64,000 bases of DNA from Clostridia bacterium (GCA_050951325.1 JBMNIW010000012.1:96001-160000); one strand, 5' to 3'; positions 30,248-40,440 are shown, numbered from the stretch's first letter. Numbers and translations: made by a program. Notes: generated by a model not told the origin, from the sequence alone.

Positions 30248-30963
30248 CTATCAATATTCTCGTCTTTTAATATTCTCCTTGGATTTATATAAAATAACGT
30301 TTTTGCATATTCAGAACCGTAGCGGTAACAAATATAATCGTACGCTTCGTCTAGTCTGGTGGTTCTTTGGTATGGACTGTGGGCGTCACTAGCGACTATA
30401 TGTACAAGACCATGTTTAAGCATGTATTTGGCCAATTTTTGCGCAGTTGCTCCAAATTGACCAAGTACGCTCCCTTTGTTAACTTGAAATATACAACCTT
30501 GGCTTGCCAGTTGCATTAGTAGACTTGTGTCATCATAAAACAGCTCATATCTTTCGGGATGTGCAATGATTGGAATGAGATTTGCGTTTATGATAGATTT
30601 GATATTTGTAAGAATGTTATGAGTTAAGTCTAAGACGGGTAATTCGATTAATATGTATCTGGTGTTGTTAATTGTTATCAGTTTATTGTCCTTTACTAGG
30701 TCAACCACATCTTTTGTAAGGTAAATTTCCATTCCTTTGTACAAGGTTATTGGTATTTCTTTTGTTAAATCCTGCAGTTTCTTAAAACAGTTTTCGAACC
30801 ATTCTCCATAGTAGTTGTTATGTATCGGGATATTACTGTGCGGCGTTGCTACCAATGCTCTTACTCCGCACTGACATGCCATCTCCAGCATTCTGACGGA
30901 TTCGTAGTAAGACACAGAACCATCATCGACACCTGGTATCAGGTGTGCATGAATGTCTATCAT
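30232..30963 (-). CDS. cpsB: CpsB/CapC (YwqE-type) PHP-family tyrosine phosphatase
   Basis: MIDIHAHLIPGVDDGS, ATPH, AHPERY and VASDAH. Confidence 0.92.
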   Translation of the reverse strand: MIDIHAHLIPGVDDGSVSYYESVRMLEMACQCGVRALVATPHSNIPIHNNYYGEWFENCFKKLQDLTKEIPITLYKGMEIYLTKDVVDLVKDNKLITINNTRYILIELPVLDLTHNILTNIKSIINANLIPIIAHPERYELFYDDTSLLMQLASQGCIFQVNKGSVLGQFGATAQKLAKYMLKHGLVHIVASDAHSPYQRTTRLDEAYDYICYRYGSEYAKTLFYINPRRILKDENIDRWGFL

Positions 30964-31057
30964 TTTATCGCCTTCTTAAATGAATGCCAAATTTCCCGTG
31001 TTGTTTGGAAACTGTGAATAAAGTGTTTTTCGTTGCTGTGTTTTGGGATTACACACA

Positions 31058-31086
31058 ATTATATCAGTGCAATTTATTAAAGTAAA
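31058..31086 (-). promoter_or_regulatory. Candidate sigmaA promoter of the 14-gene operon
   Basis: Minus strand TTTACT-17 bp-TATAAT with extended TG, ~95 bp upstream of the cpsB ATG; palindrome TTTATTTCC-caa-GGAAATAAA at 31104-31124 just upstream. Confidence 0.6.
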
Positions 31087-31148
31087 TACTTTTGGGTAAT
31101 AACTTTATTTCCCAAGGAAATAAAAGTACAATATTCCCCAATGTTATT

Positions 31149-31640
31149 CTACTCTTTCCCTTTAATAAGCGCTTCTTTATCAAGCACTGCAAGTTTTACA
31201 TCAATGTCATAATCCTGAAGAAATTCTTTAATTGCAGAGGTAGCCACTTTAAGCGCTTCATCTTTAGGATAGCCATATATTCTGCTTGATATTAAAGGAA
31301 AAGCTATGCTTTTACATTCATGCTCCACAGCCAGTTTCAATGAGTTTGTATAAGCATTGTGTAAGAGACGCAGATTATCCTCTTTACTCCACTGGCTGTA
31401 TATGGGTCCTGCAGTGTGGATTACATACTTTGCAGGCAGATTAAAGCCAGGGGTAATAACTGCTTCTCCTGTTTTTATGGGTGCAAGTTTGTTGCATGCT
31501 TCTTGAAGTTTGCTTGCTCCGGCAGCTCTAAAAATAGCTCCGCAAACACCGCCACCCATTTTTAGCTGGGTGTTGGCAGCGTTGACAATCGCATCCACCT
31601 TCAATTTTGTTATGTCCTGCTGAACAATCTCAAATGACAT
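31149..31640 (-). CDS. Macro domain protein (ADP-ribose binding/hydrolase, YmdB-like)
   Basis: QDIT...DAIVNAAN...GGGVCGAIFRAAG, VIHTAGP, IAFPLISSRIYGYP. Confidence 0.9.
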   Translation of the reverse strand: MSFEIVQQDITKLKVDAIVNAANTQLKMGGGVCGAIFRAAGASKLQEACNKLAPIKTGEAVITPGFNLPAKYVIHTAGPIYSQWSKEDNLRLLHNAYTNSLKLAVEHECKSIAFPLISSRIYGYPKDEALKVATSAIKEFLQDYDIDVKLAVLDKEALIKGKE

Positions 31641-31679
31641 TGCACAACCTCCATTAGACAGCTTTTATCAAATAAAATA

Positions 31680-31709
31680 GCCAGCAGCTCGCTTATCGAA
31701 ACTGCTGGC
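31680..31709 (-). terminator. Rho-independent terminator
   Basis: GCCAGCAG...CTGCTGGC stem followed by TATTTTATTT on the minus strand. Confidence 0.65.
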
Positions 31710-31723
31710 ATAATTCAGCTTAA

Positions 31724-32713
31724 TTATATCGCTTTTACAAGTTCATCTATTAATACCAGGTTGCTTAATCTTTCTAGTTTGATTTCTGTCTTTCTGCAGA
31801 AATCGGCTAAAGTATCATAACAAATGTCACGCTTGCAGTATATCACTTTGGGACGCCCATGAACTGTAATCTTCTGCGTTATGAAATCATAGATTTCTTT
31901 AGCAGGATTTTGTGTTGGCAAAACAACTTTTACACCCAGAATTGATTCAGACAAGTTCTCTCCGAGTACGACCAATCTGCCTATTGCAGGCCTGTCCAGA
32001 TCTTCGTTATAAATTGTTGAATCTATGTACACTAAATCAAGTTCCAGTTCTGAATCGGTAGCTGGCATCTTCTTTACAAGATTAATCACTTCATCGTCAT
32101 GTATCGGCATAATTTTATTTACATCGGGGGACACTTCAAGAAATTGCTGCGTGTATGAGTAATTGTTGTTTCCAACAAAGTTTCTGTAGAGCACGTTGCC
32201 GTCCTTGATTGAAAAGTTCATATTTCCCTTTGAATAATCTTTAACAAACTCATTGAACTGTTCAAAAAACTCTTTTAAGAAAAGTACTTCGCCTTTATCT
32301 ATCATGTATGGTGCATACCCAGGTCTAATCGATACAAACTGTATCCATTCATTTTTACCGCGAAAAGATATTCCAAGCTCTCTTAACTTCTCAAGTTGCA
32401 TTCCAAGCATTTCCTGTCTGTCGCAGAAATAACAGATTAAATAATTCTGTTCACATTTTACCTGATATGTATCGTCCTTGTTGCTTAGATATTCAGAGTA
32501 TTTTGCCAGAGATGTTCTGTTCGGATAAATTGCGATTGCTATTGCATCGGATTCCTCACCAGTTACTATACAATAACATGGCTCATCTCGCCCGGGTATA
32601 TCCAGCGCCAGTATCCAATTATCGCCGACATACTGCCAAGGTTTCAGGCTTTTTGTCACTTTAGCCACTTCATAAAGCTCTGTCCATTCCTGAACCGACG
32701 CATCCACGAACAT
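31724..32713 (-). CDS. Conserved hypothetical protein (DUF6930/DUF7309-like)
   Basis: W.ELY.....LKPW, ELGISFRGKNEWIQF.S..PGYAP, GRP, DFC.KT.I.L; paralogue of the neighbour. Confidence 0.6.
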   Translation of the reverse strand: MFVDASVQEWTELYEVAKVTKSLKPWQYVGDNWILALDIPGRDEPCYCIVTGEESDAIAIAIYPNRTSLAKYSEYLSNKDDTYQVKCEQNYLICYFCDRQEMLGMQLEKLRELGISFRGKNEWIQFVSIRPGYAPYMIDKGEVLFLKEFFEQFNEFVKDYSKGNMNFSIKDGNVLYRNFVGNNNYSYTQQFLEVSPDVNKIMPIHDDEVINLVKKMPATDSELELDLVYIDSTIYNEDLDRPAIGRLVVLGENLSESILGVKVVLPTQNPAKEIYDFITQKITVHGRPKVIYCKRDICYDTLADFCRKTEIKLERLSNLVLIDELVKAI

Positions 32714-32888
32714 TTTAATAATTCCTTTCAATTTATGATTATGAATATAATATAACACATTTTCACAGGTTTGTAAATAGTTAATATTACCTCTTGCGGT
32801 TGGCGTCAAAATGGAAAGACATATTTCACGCTGCTAACAAACTGGAAATAATCACGGATGCGTCCATATTCAGTTTTATGTATTGCAA

Positions 32889-33896
32889 TTAGTCAAACAT
32901 CATTGAAAACAAAAAGTGGTCAATACTGGGAAGTCTTCCTTCCTTGAAAAGATGTATGCCTGTTTTGGAACAAAAGTCATCCAATAGCTCCTCACATATG
33001 TCTTTCGTGTAGTGTATTTTTCCAGGTCTGCCTACCTTTCCAATTGCTGAAAAAACAGCATCAAAAGTCATTTCAGCAAGATCGTCGTTAGGTAGAATTA
33101 TCCTTGTTTCAAGGATCTCACCTGAATTCCTGTTGCTAAGTATCAAAAGCCTTACAACCGGGTCCCTTTCAAACTGAGTGTCCTTTATTTTCGACTCAAC
33201 AAAGGTTATGTCAATATCAAAGCTGGCTCCGCTGTACGGAATCTTCTTGATTCTTTGAATCTGTAATTCATTTTCATACTTGTAGTAATCCGACTGTGCA
33301 TTGACTATGGGAACCTGCTTTTCTATGGTCATCCATCTCTTCTCATCATCGTCATAATATCTGCATAACGCAAAGCCATCATCAAACCTTACATCAATTT
33401 TGTTTGTGTTATAGTCTTCAATTGCATGGCAAATCTGCTCTATACATTCAGTAAGCAGCATGACTTCAATCTTGTCCGGGTCTGCAGGAGCATAGCATTT
33501 CCTTTTGGACAGGAAAAACACCCAGTTCATTCTCCCTCTAAAGGACAGGCCAAGTTCTTTAATAAGGTTATACTGGTTCTTTGGTACATTCTCTCTGTTG
33601 CCGATGCACATGGTAAATATGTCAACAGAACATATGTCGTTGAATACTTCCTCGTGCGTGTAATCCGGTTTTAAAAAGGGCTTGATAAATCTCGCATAGG
33701 CTGAGGAATCCCTGAGTATGTGAATTGATATAAGTTCGGGATTCTCGTCTATGCTTACATAATACATCTCGTCCCTATCGGGCATTTTAATTGAAATTGT
33801 GTCTAAAAAACTAAGAGATTCCCATGGTCTCAAGTTCTTCAGCCTGATTGCATGTCTGTATAATTGTGCCCAATCATCAAGTGTTGCTTTAATCAT
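32889..33896 (-). CDS. Conserved hypothetical protein (DUF6930/DUF7309-like paralogue)
   Basis: WAQLY..LRPWE, ELGLSFRGRMNWVFFLS, GRP, DFCSKTGI. Confidence 0.6.
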   Translation of the reverse strand: MIKATLDDWAQLYRHAIRLKNLRPWESLSFLDTISIKMPDRDEMYYVSIDENPELISIHILRDSSAYARFIKPFLKPDYTHEEVFNDICSVDIFTMCIGNRENVPKNQYNLIKELGLSFRGRMNWVFFLSKRKCYAPADPDKIEVMLLTECIEQICHAIEDYNTNKIDVRFDDGFALCRYYDDDEKRWMTIEKQVPIVNAQSDYYKYENELQIQRIKKIPYSGASFDIDITFVESKIKDTQFERDPVVRLLILSNRNSGEILETRIILPNDDLAEMTFDAVFSAIGKVGRPGKIHYTKDICEELLDDFCSKTGIHLFKEGRLPSIDHFLFSMMFD

Positions 33897-33968
33897 TGAT
33901 AGTCCCTTTCACATTATTTATAGTATATTATAGCACAATTATCTTTTTCGCCAAAATCAATACCCTTC

Positions 33969-34739
33969 TTATGGCTGTTTGCCGATGTACGCAAGTATTC
34001 CTCCGTCAACAAAAAGCACATGTCCATTAACAAAGTCAGATGCTTTTGATGCAAGAAAAACGCAAGGTCCTTTCAAGTCCTCGGGTGTTCCCCATCGGTT
34101 TGCAGGCGTTCTCGCCTTTATGTACTCGTTAAAAGGGTTGCCGTCTTGCCTTAAGGGAGCCGTTTGTGGTGTTGCAATGTATCCTGGAGCGATGCCATTT
34201 ACCTGAATGTTGTACTGTCCCCATTCAGAAGCAAGGCTTCTAGTAAGCATTTTGAGTCCGCCTTTTGCAGCTGCATAGGCACATACAGTTTCCCTTCCCA
34301 GCTCGCTCATCAGGGAACAGATATTGATGATTTTACCTCCGCCATTTCTTATCATATGGGGAGCTACTGCTTTCGATACTATAAATGGTGCCACCAGGTC
34401 CACATCCACAACTTCCTTGTATTCGTCAACGGTCATGTCTACTGCAGGTATCCTCTTTATGATACCTGCATTGTTTACTAGAATATCGATGCGTCCAAAC
34501 TCTTTTATGAGCATGTCCACAAATGCATTTACTTCTTCCTCCTTTGTGACATCGCAAATATAACCCTTTACATTCAGACCATTCTTCTTGTATTCTTCTA
34601 TTCCCCTTTTGATATTCTCTTCATGTATACCGTTGAATACTACATTTGCTCCCGCTTCAGAAAGAGCGGTAGCAATAGCAAAGCCTATTCCATAGGAACC
34701 TCCGGTTACCCATGCAACTTTTCCGTCTAAACTGAACAT
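33969..34739 (-). CDS. kduD: SDR, gluconate 5-dehydrogenase/KduD-type (2-keto-3-deoxygluconate pathway)
   Basis: TGGSYGIG, NNAGII, YAAAKGG, NGIAPGY; directly after kduI. Confidence 0.75.
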   Translation of the reverse strand: MFSLDGKVAWVTGGSYGIGFAIATALSEAGANVVFNGIHEENIKRGIEEYKKNGLNVKGYICDVTKEEEVNAFVDMLIKEFGRIDILVNNAGIIKRIPAVDMTVDEYKEVVDVDLVAPFIVSKAVAPHMIRNGGGKIINICSLMSELGRETVCAYAAAKGGLKMLTRSLASEWGQYNIQVNGIAPGYIATPQTAPLRQDGNPFNEYIKARTPANRWGTPEDLKGPCVFLASKASDFVNGHVLFVDGGILAYIGKQP

Positions 34740-34751
34740 GCTGCTCCCCCC

Positions 34752-35597
34752 TTATTTCAAGTCCAATGTGGAAATGTGGTCCATGTCGGTAAACTCTCTG
34801 TTTTCACCAGCCATTGCCCATATGAAAGAATAGGAACCTGTACCGCATCCTGCGTGTATAGACCAGGATGGAGATATTACCGCCTGCTCATTCCCTACAA
34901 CTATATGTCTCGTTTCATCCGGCTTGCCCATGAAGTGGAACACTACGTTTTCTTCTTGTATGTCAAAGTAGAAATATACTTCCATGCGTCTTTCATGGGT
35001 GTGAGTTGGCATTGTGTTCCACACGCTGCCTTCTTTCAATATCGTAAGACCCATCGAAAGCTGACAGGTCTCCAAAACTGCCGGATGAATGTATTGATTT
35101 ATTATCCTTTCATTTGATGTCTTGGGACTGCCCATTGGATTCTTTGCAGCACTTTCCAAAGATATGTACTTGTCGGGGCATTTCTTGTGTGCAGGTGTTG
35201 ATGCCATGTAGAACTTTGCAGGCATGTTTTTATCATCGCTTTCAAAATATATTTCTTTTGCACCCATTCCTACATAAAGGCAGTCAAACTTGCCCATCTT
35301 GTATTCCTTTCCATCAACAGTAACTTTACCCTTGTCGCCTATATTAATAATTCCAAGTTCTCTTCTCTGTAATAGATAATCAACACCAAAACTTTTCCAT
35401 GCATCAAAGTTTTTGTCAATGGCTATTCTGTCTTCTGTTGGCATGCAGCCCATTATGAGTATTCTGTCAATATGGGAGTACACAGAAGTTATGTCATTTG
35501 GTTCGAATACTTTTTCAATAAGGAACTCCTCTCTAAGTTCTTTTGTAGTATACCTTTTTACATCCTTGGAATTTGCGCCATACCTTACATCCATCAT
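34752..35597 (-). CDS. kduI: 4-deoxy-L-threo-5-hexosulose-uronate ketol-isomerase
   Basis: YSHIDR, RRELGIIN, WNTMPTHTHERRMEVYFYF, SPSWSIHAG, WAMAGEN. Confidence 0.96.
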   Translation of the reverse strand: MMDVRYGANSKDVKRYTTKELREEFLIEKVFEPNDITSVYSHIDRILIMGCMPTEDRIAIDKNFDAWKSFGVDYLLQRRELGIINIGDKGKVTVDGKEYKMGKFDCLYVGMGAKEIYFESDDKNMPAKFYMASTPAHKKCPDKYISLESAAKNPMGSPKTSNERIINQYIHPAVLETCQLSMGLTILKEGSVWNTMPTHTHERRMEVYFYFDIQEENVVFHFMGKPDETRHIVVGNEQAVISPSWSIHAGCGTGSYSFIWAMAGENREFTDMDHISTLDLK

Positions 35598-35610
35598 TTC
35601 AAAACCTCCA

Positions 35611-37226
35611 TTAATCCTTAGTATATATCAACATCTCATTTATACTTACCCAGGTGCCACTGTAATTGTGAGCGCCGGTTACTCTTATTCGAATATATTT
35701 TGCTTCTATGTCCACATCATGGCTGAAAAAGAACCACTCTTTATCGTTCTTCCTATAGTCAACCACGGTTTCAAAGTCCTTCCCATCCATGGACTTTTCA
35801 ATAACATACCTGTAAGCTCTGTTCTGATAAGGAACCACCACAATTTTCTTAATGCCCAGCACTTCTTCAAATTCCAATGTAGCAGAATTTCCATATCCTG
35901 GACAGGACCACCTGTGTCCTTCCTTGTCTTCAGTAACACCATCCACCAACTTTACTGCTTCGTTTCCTTCCTGCTGGTTGGTTGCAGTCACTTTAATTTT
36001 CCCTTTATAGTAGTTGGGATCTATAGCTCTGTCTTCCTGTCTTATGGGCTCATAATCATCTTCAGGAATAACAAGCTCTGGTTGTTCATAGTCCTCACAA
36101 ATGGACATGAGTTCACATGCAGCCATGACAAATATGCCGACTGCGTACTGTTTTGTGCTCTGTCTTCTTGCTTCCTCATTATCATAGTTTTGATAATTCT
36201 GGGGACTGTCGGATACGGGTTGAACGTAAAGAAGCCTTCCTTCTTCTGAAATGGCATACTTGACTACTCCATCATAGGCTTTTTGCAATGTGCCAAAATA
36301 CTCGTCGTATTCGAGATAACCATGCTTTATCCCGACTGCATAACCATACATAAACATTACGGTGCCTGATGTTTCAATACCACCAAAATGTTCAGGATCA
36401 TCCAGGTTTGCATTCCAGGTGCCGTCTTCCCTTTGTCTATTCTTAAGAGATTTCGCCATTGCTTTGAAGTCCTTTAAATACACTTCATAAGATTCATGAT
36501 TTTTATCAAGCACTTCAAGGGTCTTGGCAAGACCGGCAAACGCCCATCCGTTTCCTCTTGACCACAGTATTTTTTTGCCCGATGGCGTCATCGTGTTATG
36601 CTTGTTTTTATCATATACGAATCTTGCGTCCCTGTAGAAAAGACTTGCATCCTCATCCCACATAATGTCCCGTGCCTTTTAAGTATGCACGGTAGGCATC
36701 GTCTATGTATTTAGCGTCCTTTGTTATGTTCTGAGAGTTCTGCATATACTGGAAGGCTCATGTAGACAAGATCTATCCAACCAAAATCCGTTCTTCCCTT
36801 TGCATTATAGTCTGCGTTTCGAATAACGTCTTCAAGGATATAATTTTCTTGTTTTAGTTTGTACAAGTCTATGTAGGTTTGTGATATACAGTAAAGATCT
36901 CCGTTGACAGTGTTTTGTCCTTTGTTGACAAGATAATGATGTCGTTTTGCATAATCAAGAGAATAATTGTAGAATTCGATGTTGCCGGAGTACATATATG
37001 CTCTTATGTTTCCGGAGTGATAAACAGCATCATCCCAGTTGTTTGAATTTGCTGTTAGATTTTCTTGAAAGTATGTGTTTACCTTGTTTATTGTTTCCAG
37101 TATTTCAGCGGCTTTGTATGCTGATGTTCTTACTTCATTAATATCTTCTTTATTCTCCGGTTTCTTGACACAGGAAACCTGTAAAATGAGAATAAGCACC
37201 ATTATTATGGACAGCGTTTTTTTCAT
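35611..37226 (-). CDS. GH105/GH88 unsaturated glycuronyl hydrolase lipoprotein with C-terminal F5/8 (CBM32-like) domain; frameshifted near 36670-36735
   Basis: Lipobox QVSC; W.D.VYM, WSRGNGW, ETSGT and YAVGIF..A; RW..YIRIRV discoidin; the two ORFs join via KDAKYIDDAYRAYLK. Confidence 0.82.
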
Positions 37227-37321
37227 CTATAGCCCCCCCGTTGGAATAGCTTAATACATACTATATACCAATATTAATAGGTAAAGTATGTAAACTCTAT
37301 CTTTTTTTGTGCATATTCAAC

Positions 37322-37837
37322 TTATATTTTACTTACTATTTCCAACGGCACATGAATTGTTGTAGTCTTGCCCATGAATTGAGTCTCAATTATCGCTATC
37401 CTCTTATGTCTATTTACCTTTTTAATTCTTCCTTCCTGTCCTTTAAGGGGTCCGTTAGTTACAAACACCTGGGCGCCTTCTATGTAACCTTTGGACATTT
37501 CCATAACTCTTTCATGGTTTAAAAAGTCAACAAAAACCTCCAATTCTTTTCTTTTGAGTGGAACGAATTGAAAGTCGGCATGAAGCACCCTTGTGAAATA
37601 TGGTACTTTCTTTATCTGAAGATATACTTGTTCTATTTGGTCACTTATTATGAACAAGTAACCAGGAAATAATGGCCTGGTTACTATCTTTACTCTTCCA
37701 TCTTTTTTATATACTCTTTCTGCCAAGGGAACGAAACAATCGATGTATATGTCCCTGTTTAATATGTCCTTTATTCTTTCACATACAAGTCTTTCTTTTT
37801 TTGTTGGTACTTGTATTACATACCAGTTAGTCGTCAT
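37322..37837 (-). CDS. loaP: LoaP-type NusG-paralogue transcription antiterminator
   Basis: WYVIQV, PLFPGYLFI, MSKGYIEG, GPLKGQEG.IKKVNRHKR.A. Confidence 0.85.
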   Translation of the reverse strand: MTTNWYVIQVPTKKERLVCERIKDILNRDIYIDCFVPLAERVYKKDGRVKIVTRPLFPGYLFIISDQIEQVYLQIKKVPYFTRVLHADFQFVPLKRKELEVFVDFLNHERVMEMSKGYIEGAQVFVTNGPLKGQEGRIKKVNRHKRIAIIETQFMGKTTTIHVPLEIVSKI

Positions 37838-37854
37838 TTATTCTCTAACCTCTG

Positions 37855-38566
37855 TTACGTGATGTTTAGTATTTCTTGCATGTTATATAATAGCTTATTA
37901 AAGGACTCTTTATCAAGTTTTTTACCCAGGTATTGAATTCCTTTTATATAGTCGGGCTTTCTTGTGCCCATGTTGTGGCAATCGCTACCCAATACCACAC
38001 GCCTGCCCTTCTTTATGAGTTTCATAAGGAAGGACCTGTATCTGAACTTGTCGACACAGGATGCGTCTACCTGGAATATTACATCAGGAATCTGGTACAG
38101 CTGCATAAAATCACTTTCTTCAAACACATCAAGATATCTGTCCACATGGGCAATCATTGGTCTTAATCTATGTTTGAAGATTATGTTTTCTATGACACTG
38201 ACTTCCCAACCTTTAAGTCTGCTGTAAGGCAGCTCAAACAGTATTATGTCAGTACCCTCGATGCACAGTTTTTCTACACCTTGCGCATACTGAAGATCTC
38301 TTTCTATGCTCACTTCAGCACCAAGCACAATAGGTCTTTCAGCAATACCTTGCCTGCGCATCTCTGACATAATTTCCAGATACGCTTTTTCTCTTCTATT
38401 TAAGAATTCACTTACTGTTTCCAAGTGGTGGTAATAATGTGGTGTGGCAATGATACTCTGCACCCCTTGATTGAGCAGAGCTTTTACCATTTGTCACACC
38501 AACTTCAGGGTCGGGTGCCCCATCGTCCATATCAGGCAAAATGTGTGTGTGGGTGTCAATCAACAT
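37855..38566 (-). CDS. cpsB: CpsB/CapC tyrosine phosphatase (frameshift near the 5' end)
   Basis: MLIDTHTHILPDMDDG out of frame with ATPHY, GAEV, AHVDRY and LGSDCHN. Confidence 0.82.
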
Positions 38567-38615
38567 GTATTTTTCACTAGGCATTTAATACAACCCCTAC
38601 TATCAATAACTATAA

Positions 38616-39398
38616 TTATTGACTTGTTGTTTCTTCCTGGCTTGGGTTATAACCATAACCGTAGCCATACCCATAGCCATAGCCATACTCATAATTATAC
38701 TTCATTTTCTTGTATACCTTGTTCTTTGTTTGTATGTCAGTGACAACCACACCCAGGATGTTGATGTTTGCACTCTTTGCTCTTTCAATGGTTTTTGTAA
38801 TATCGTCATACTTGGTTATATTCTGCCTGGCTACTATTACAAGTCCTGCGCATTTGACAGCTATGAGTATTGAATCCGTCACTATATTTATAGGCGGGGA
38901 GTCTATGATGATGTAATCATAGAATTGATGCATCTTTTCAATAAAGGTGCTCATGTTTTGACTACCAAGCAGTTCTGATGGATTTGGTGGAATTGGACCG
39001 GATGTTAGCAGATCAAGTCCAGGTTCAACGTCTCTTTTAAGAGATTCTCCCAGAGTTTCAAAACCGATTAGTAATCTGGACAACCCGTTAGAGTTGTCTA
39101 CTTGGAAAATCTTATGTTGTATAGGTTTCCTAAGGTCGGCATCTACAAGAAGTACACGGGCAGATGTTTGGGCAAGTGTTATTGCCAAGTTAGCCGCTGT
39201 GGTACTCTTCCCATCACCCGGTGTGGGGGATGATATTACAAATGCTTTTCCTTGTTGCGTCGCCAATGCAAATTGTATGTTTGTTCTAAAGATTTTGTAA
39301 GATTCTACAATTGCAAAGGGTGTTTTTGCATTAATCCTGTCTTCATATGGATTTTTGCTGTGATACTCTACTCTTCTTTTCTTTCTTCGACTTAGCAT
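38616..39398 (-). CDS. cpsD: CpsD/CapB stand-alone BY tyrosine kinase
   Basis: ESYKIFRTN, SPTPGDGKST, LVDADLRKP, PPNPSELL, IIDSPP; tail YNYEYGYGYGYGYGY. Confidence 0.92.
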   Translation of the reverse strand: MLSRRKKRRVEYHSKNPYEDRINAKTPFAIVESYKIFRTNIQFALATQQGKAFVISSPTPGDGKSTTAANLAITLAQTSARVLLVDADLRKPIQHKIFQVDNSNGLSRLLIGFETLGESLKRDVEPGLDLLTSGPIPPNPSELLGSQNMSTFIEKMHQFYDYIIIDSPPINIVTDSILIAVKCAGLVIVARQNITKYDDITKTIERAKSANINILGVVVTDIQTKNKVYKKMKYNYEYGYGYGYGYGYGYNPSQEETTSQ

Positions 39399-39618
39399 AA
39401 TAACTCTCCTTCAACTTAAGTACATAAACCTGTCTGTTTCTCCTCTTTCAACTAGCATCTTCTATTCAATTTAGTATGTGCAAATATTATATCAACTGGT
39501 ATATTTTATCTATTTTTCCTGATTTATTTTAGTATATAACGCATTTAAAAAATAATCAATAGTTTATTTCATCTTTTTTAACATTTGATTAGCATTATTT
39601 TGCCCATAAATAGGAGAA

Positions 39619-39642
39619 CCTCTGTGCTTTTCAGCACAGAGG
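39619..39642. terminator. Stem-loop, probable terminator of the ricin-domain operon
   Basis: CCTCTGTGCT-tttc-AGCACAGAGG perfect 10-bp stem. Confidence 0.6.
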
Positions 39643-39692
39643 CAAGTCGAAGAATATTGATATAGAAGAGCTAATAGTTACTTAGCCAGTAT

Positions 39693-40440
39693 TCATTTTT
39701 GTGTGTCACCCATTTCTACAAATTCTTTTACTTCCGGTATCTTCTCACATAGTTCGTCATACATGAGCATGTCAGGGCTGATGTAGACGATGTAGAGTAT
39801 TTTTCCATTGTGTGCTAAGAATTCAACACCACACTTTTGTCTCGTTTTTGCTTTCTCAATATCATACAACATATTTTCCTGTCCAACTTTGATTATAAAG
39901 TCAATCAGCTCATCATTTGTAATAATAGCCCTTTCGGCCTCTCGTTCATTTTCATTTTTCCAACCAAACAAGGCTACTTCTCTAACATCCTCTTTCTTGG
40001 TGGTAAATATATAATTAACTTGCGGTATTACTTCTTTCAGGTCAAAGATATTCTCAAATCCATCTTCAGCAGTAACTGCTAGAAACTCGTGCATATACCT
40101 TTTGACCTTGCCATCCTTCATGTAGTAGGTAAATTCATAAGTTCCTGGTTTTAGTCCGAACTCCTCTTTTACTACCTCCACCACAGACATTTTCTTAACA
40201 TAGTCAAGAACCGTTTCTATGTTTTCTCTCTCCTCAATAACAAACTGGTCAGTAGAGTATTTGTCTGTTGGTGCCAGTCATTCTAATATGTATTTTCGTA
40301 ATACTGTCTGGAGTAAGATTTACATCAGAAAATTTACTGTTTTTATTCTGCGACATCACCATGAGGGTCAATATGACAATCAGGATTAAGCCGCTAAGTA
40401 GCAGCAGTATTTTCTTGTGTTTTCTAAAGCTTTCCAACAT
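39693..40440 (-). CDS. Membrane-anchored hypothetical protein (split by a frameshift near 40250)
   Basis: ORF 40249-40440 has an N-terminal TM; continues into ORF 39693-40190. Confidence 0.55.

Noticed and set aside
26570-30963. Ordinary complete capsule/EPS locus
   Set aside because: No glycosyltransferase, initiating transferase, flippase, polymerase or sugar-nucleotide genes anywhere in the window.
36660-36740. Programmed ribosomal frameshifting in GH105 (and other split genes)
   Set aside because: It would need multiple compensating shifts without clear slippery-site/structure signals; the pattern across many genes fits sequencing error.
38647-38695. Short tandem repeat as CRISPR or contingency locus
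   Set aside because: It encodes the in-frame Gly-Tyr autophosphorylation tail of the BY-kinase. No repeat-spacer array or cas gene was seen anywhere.
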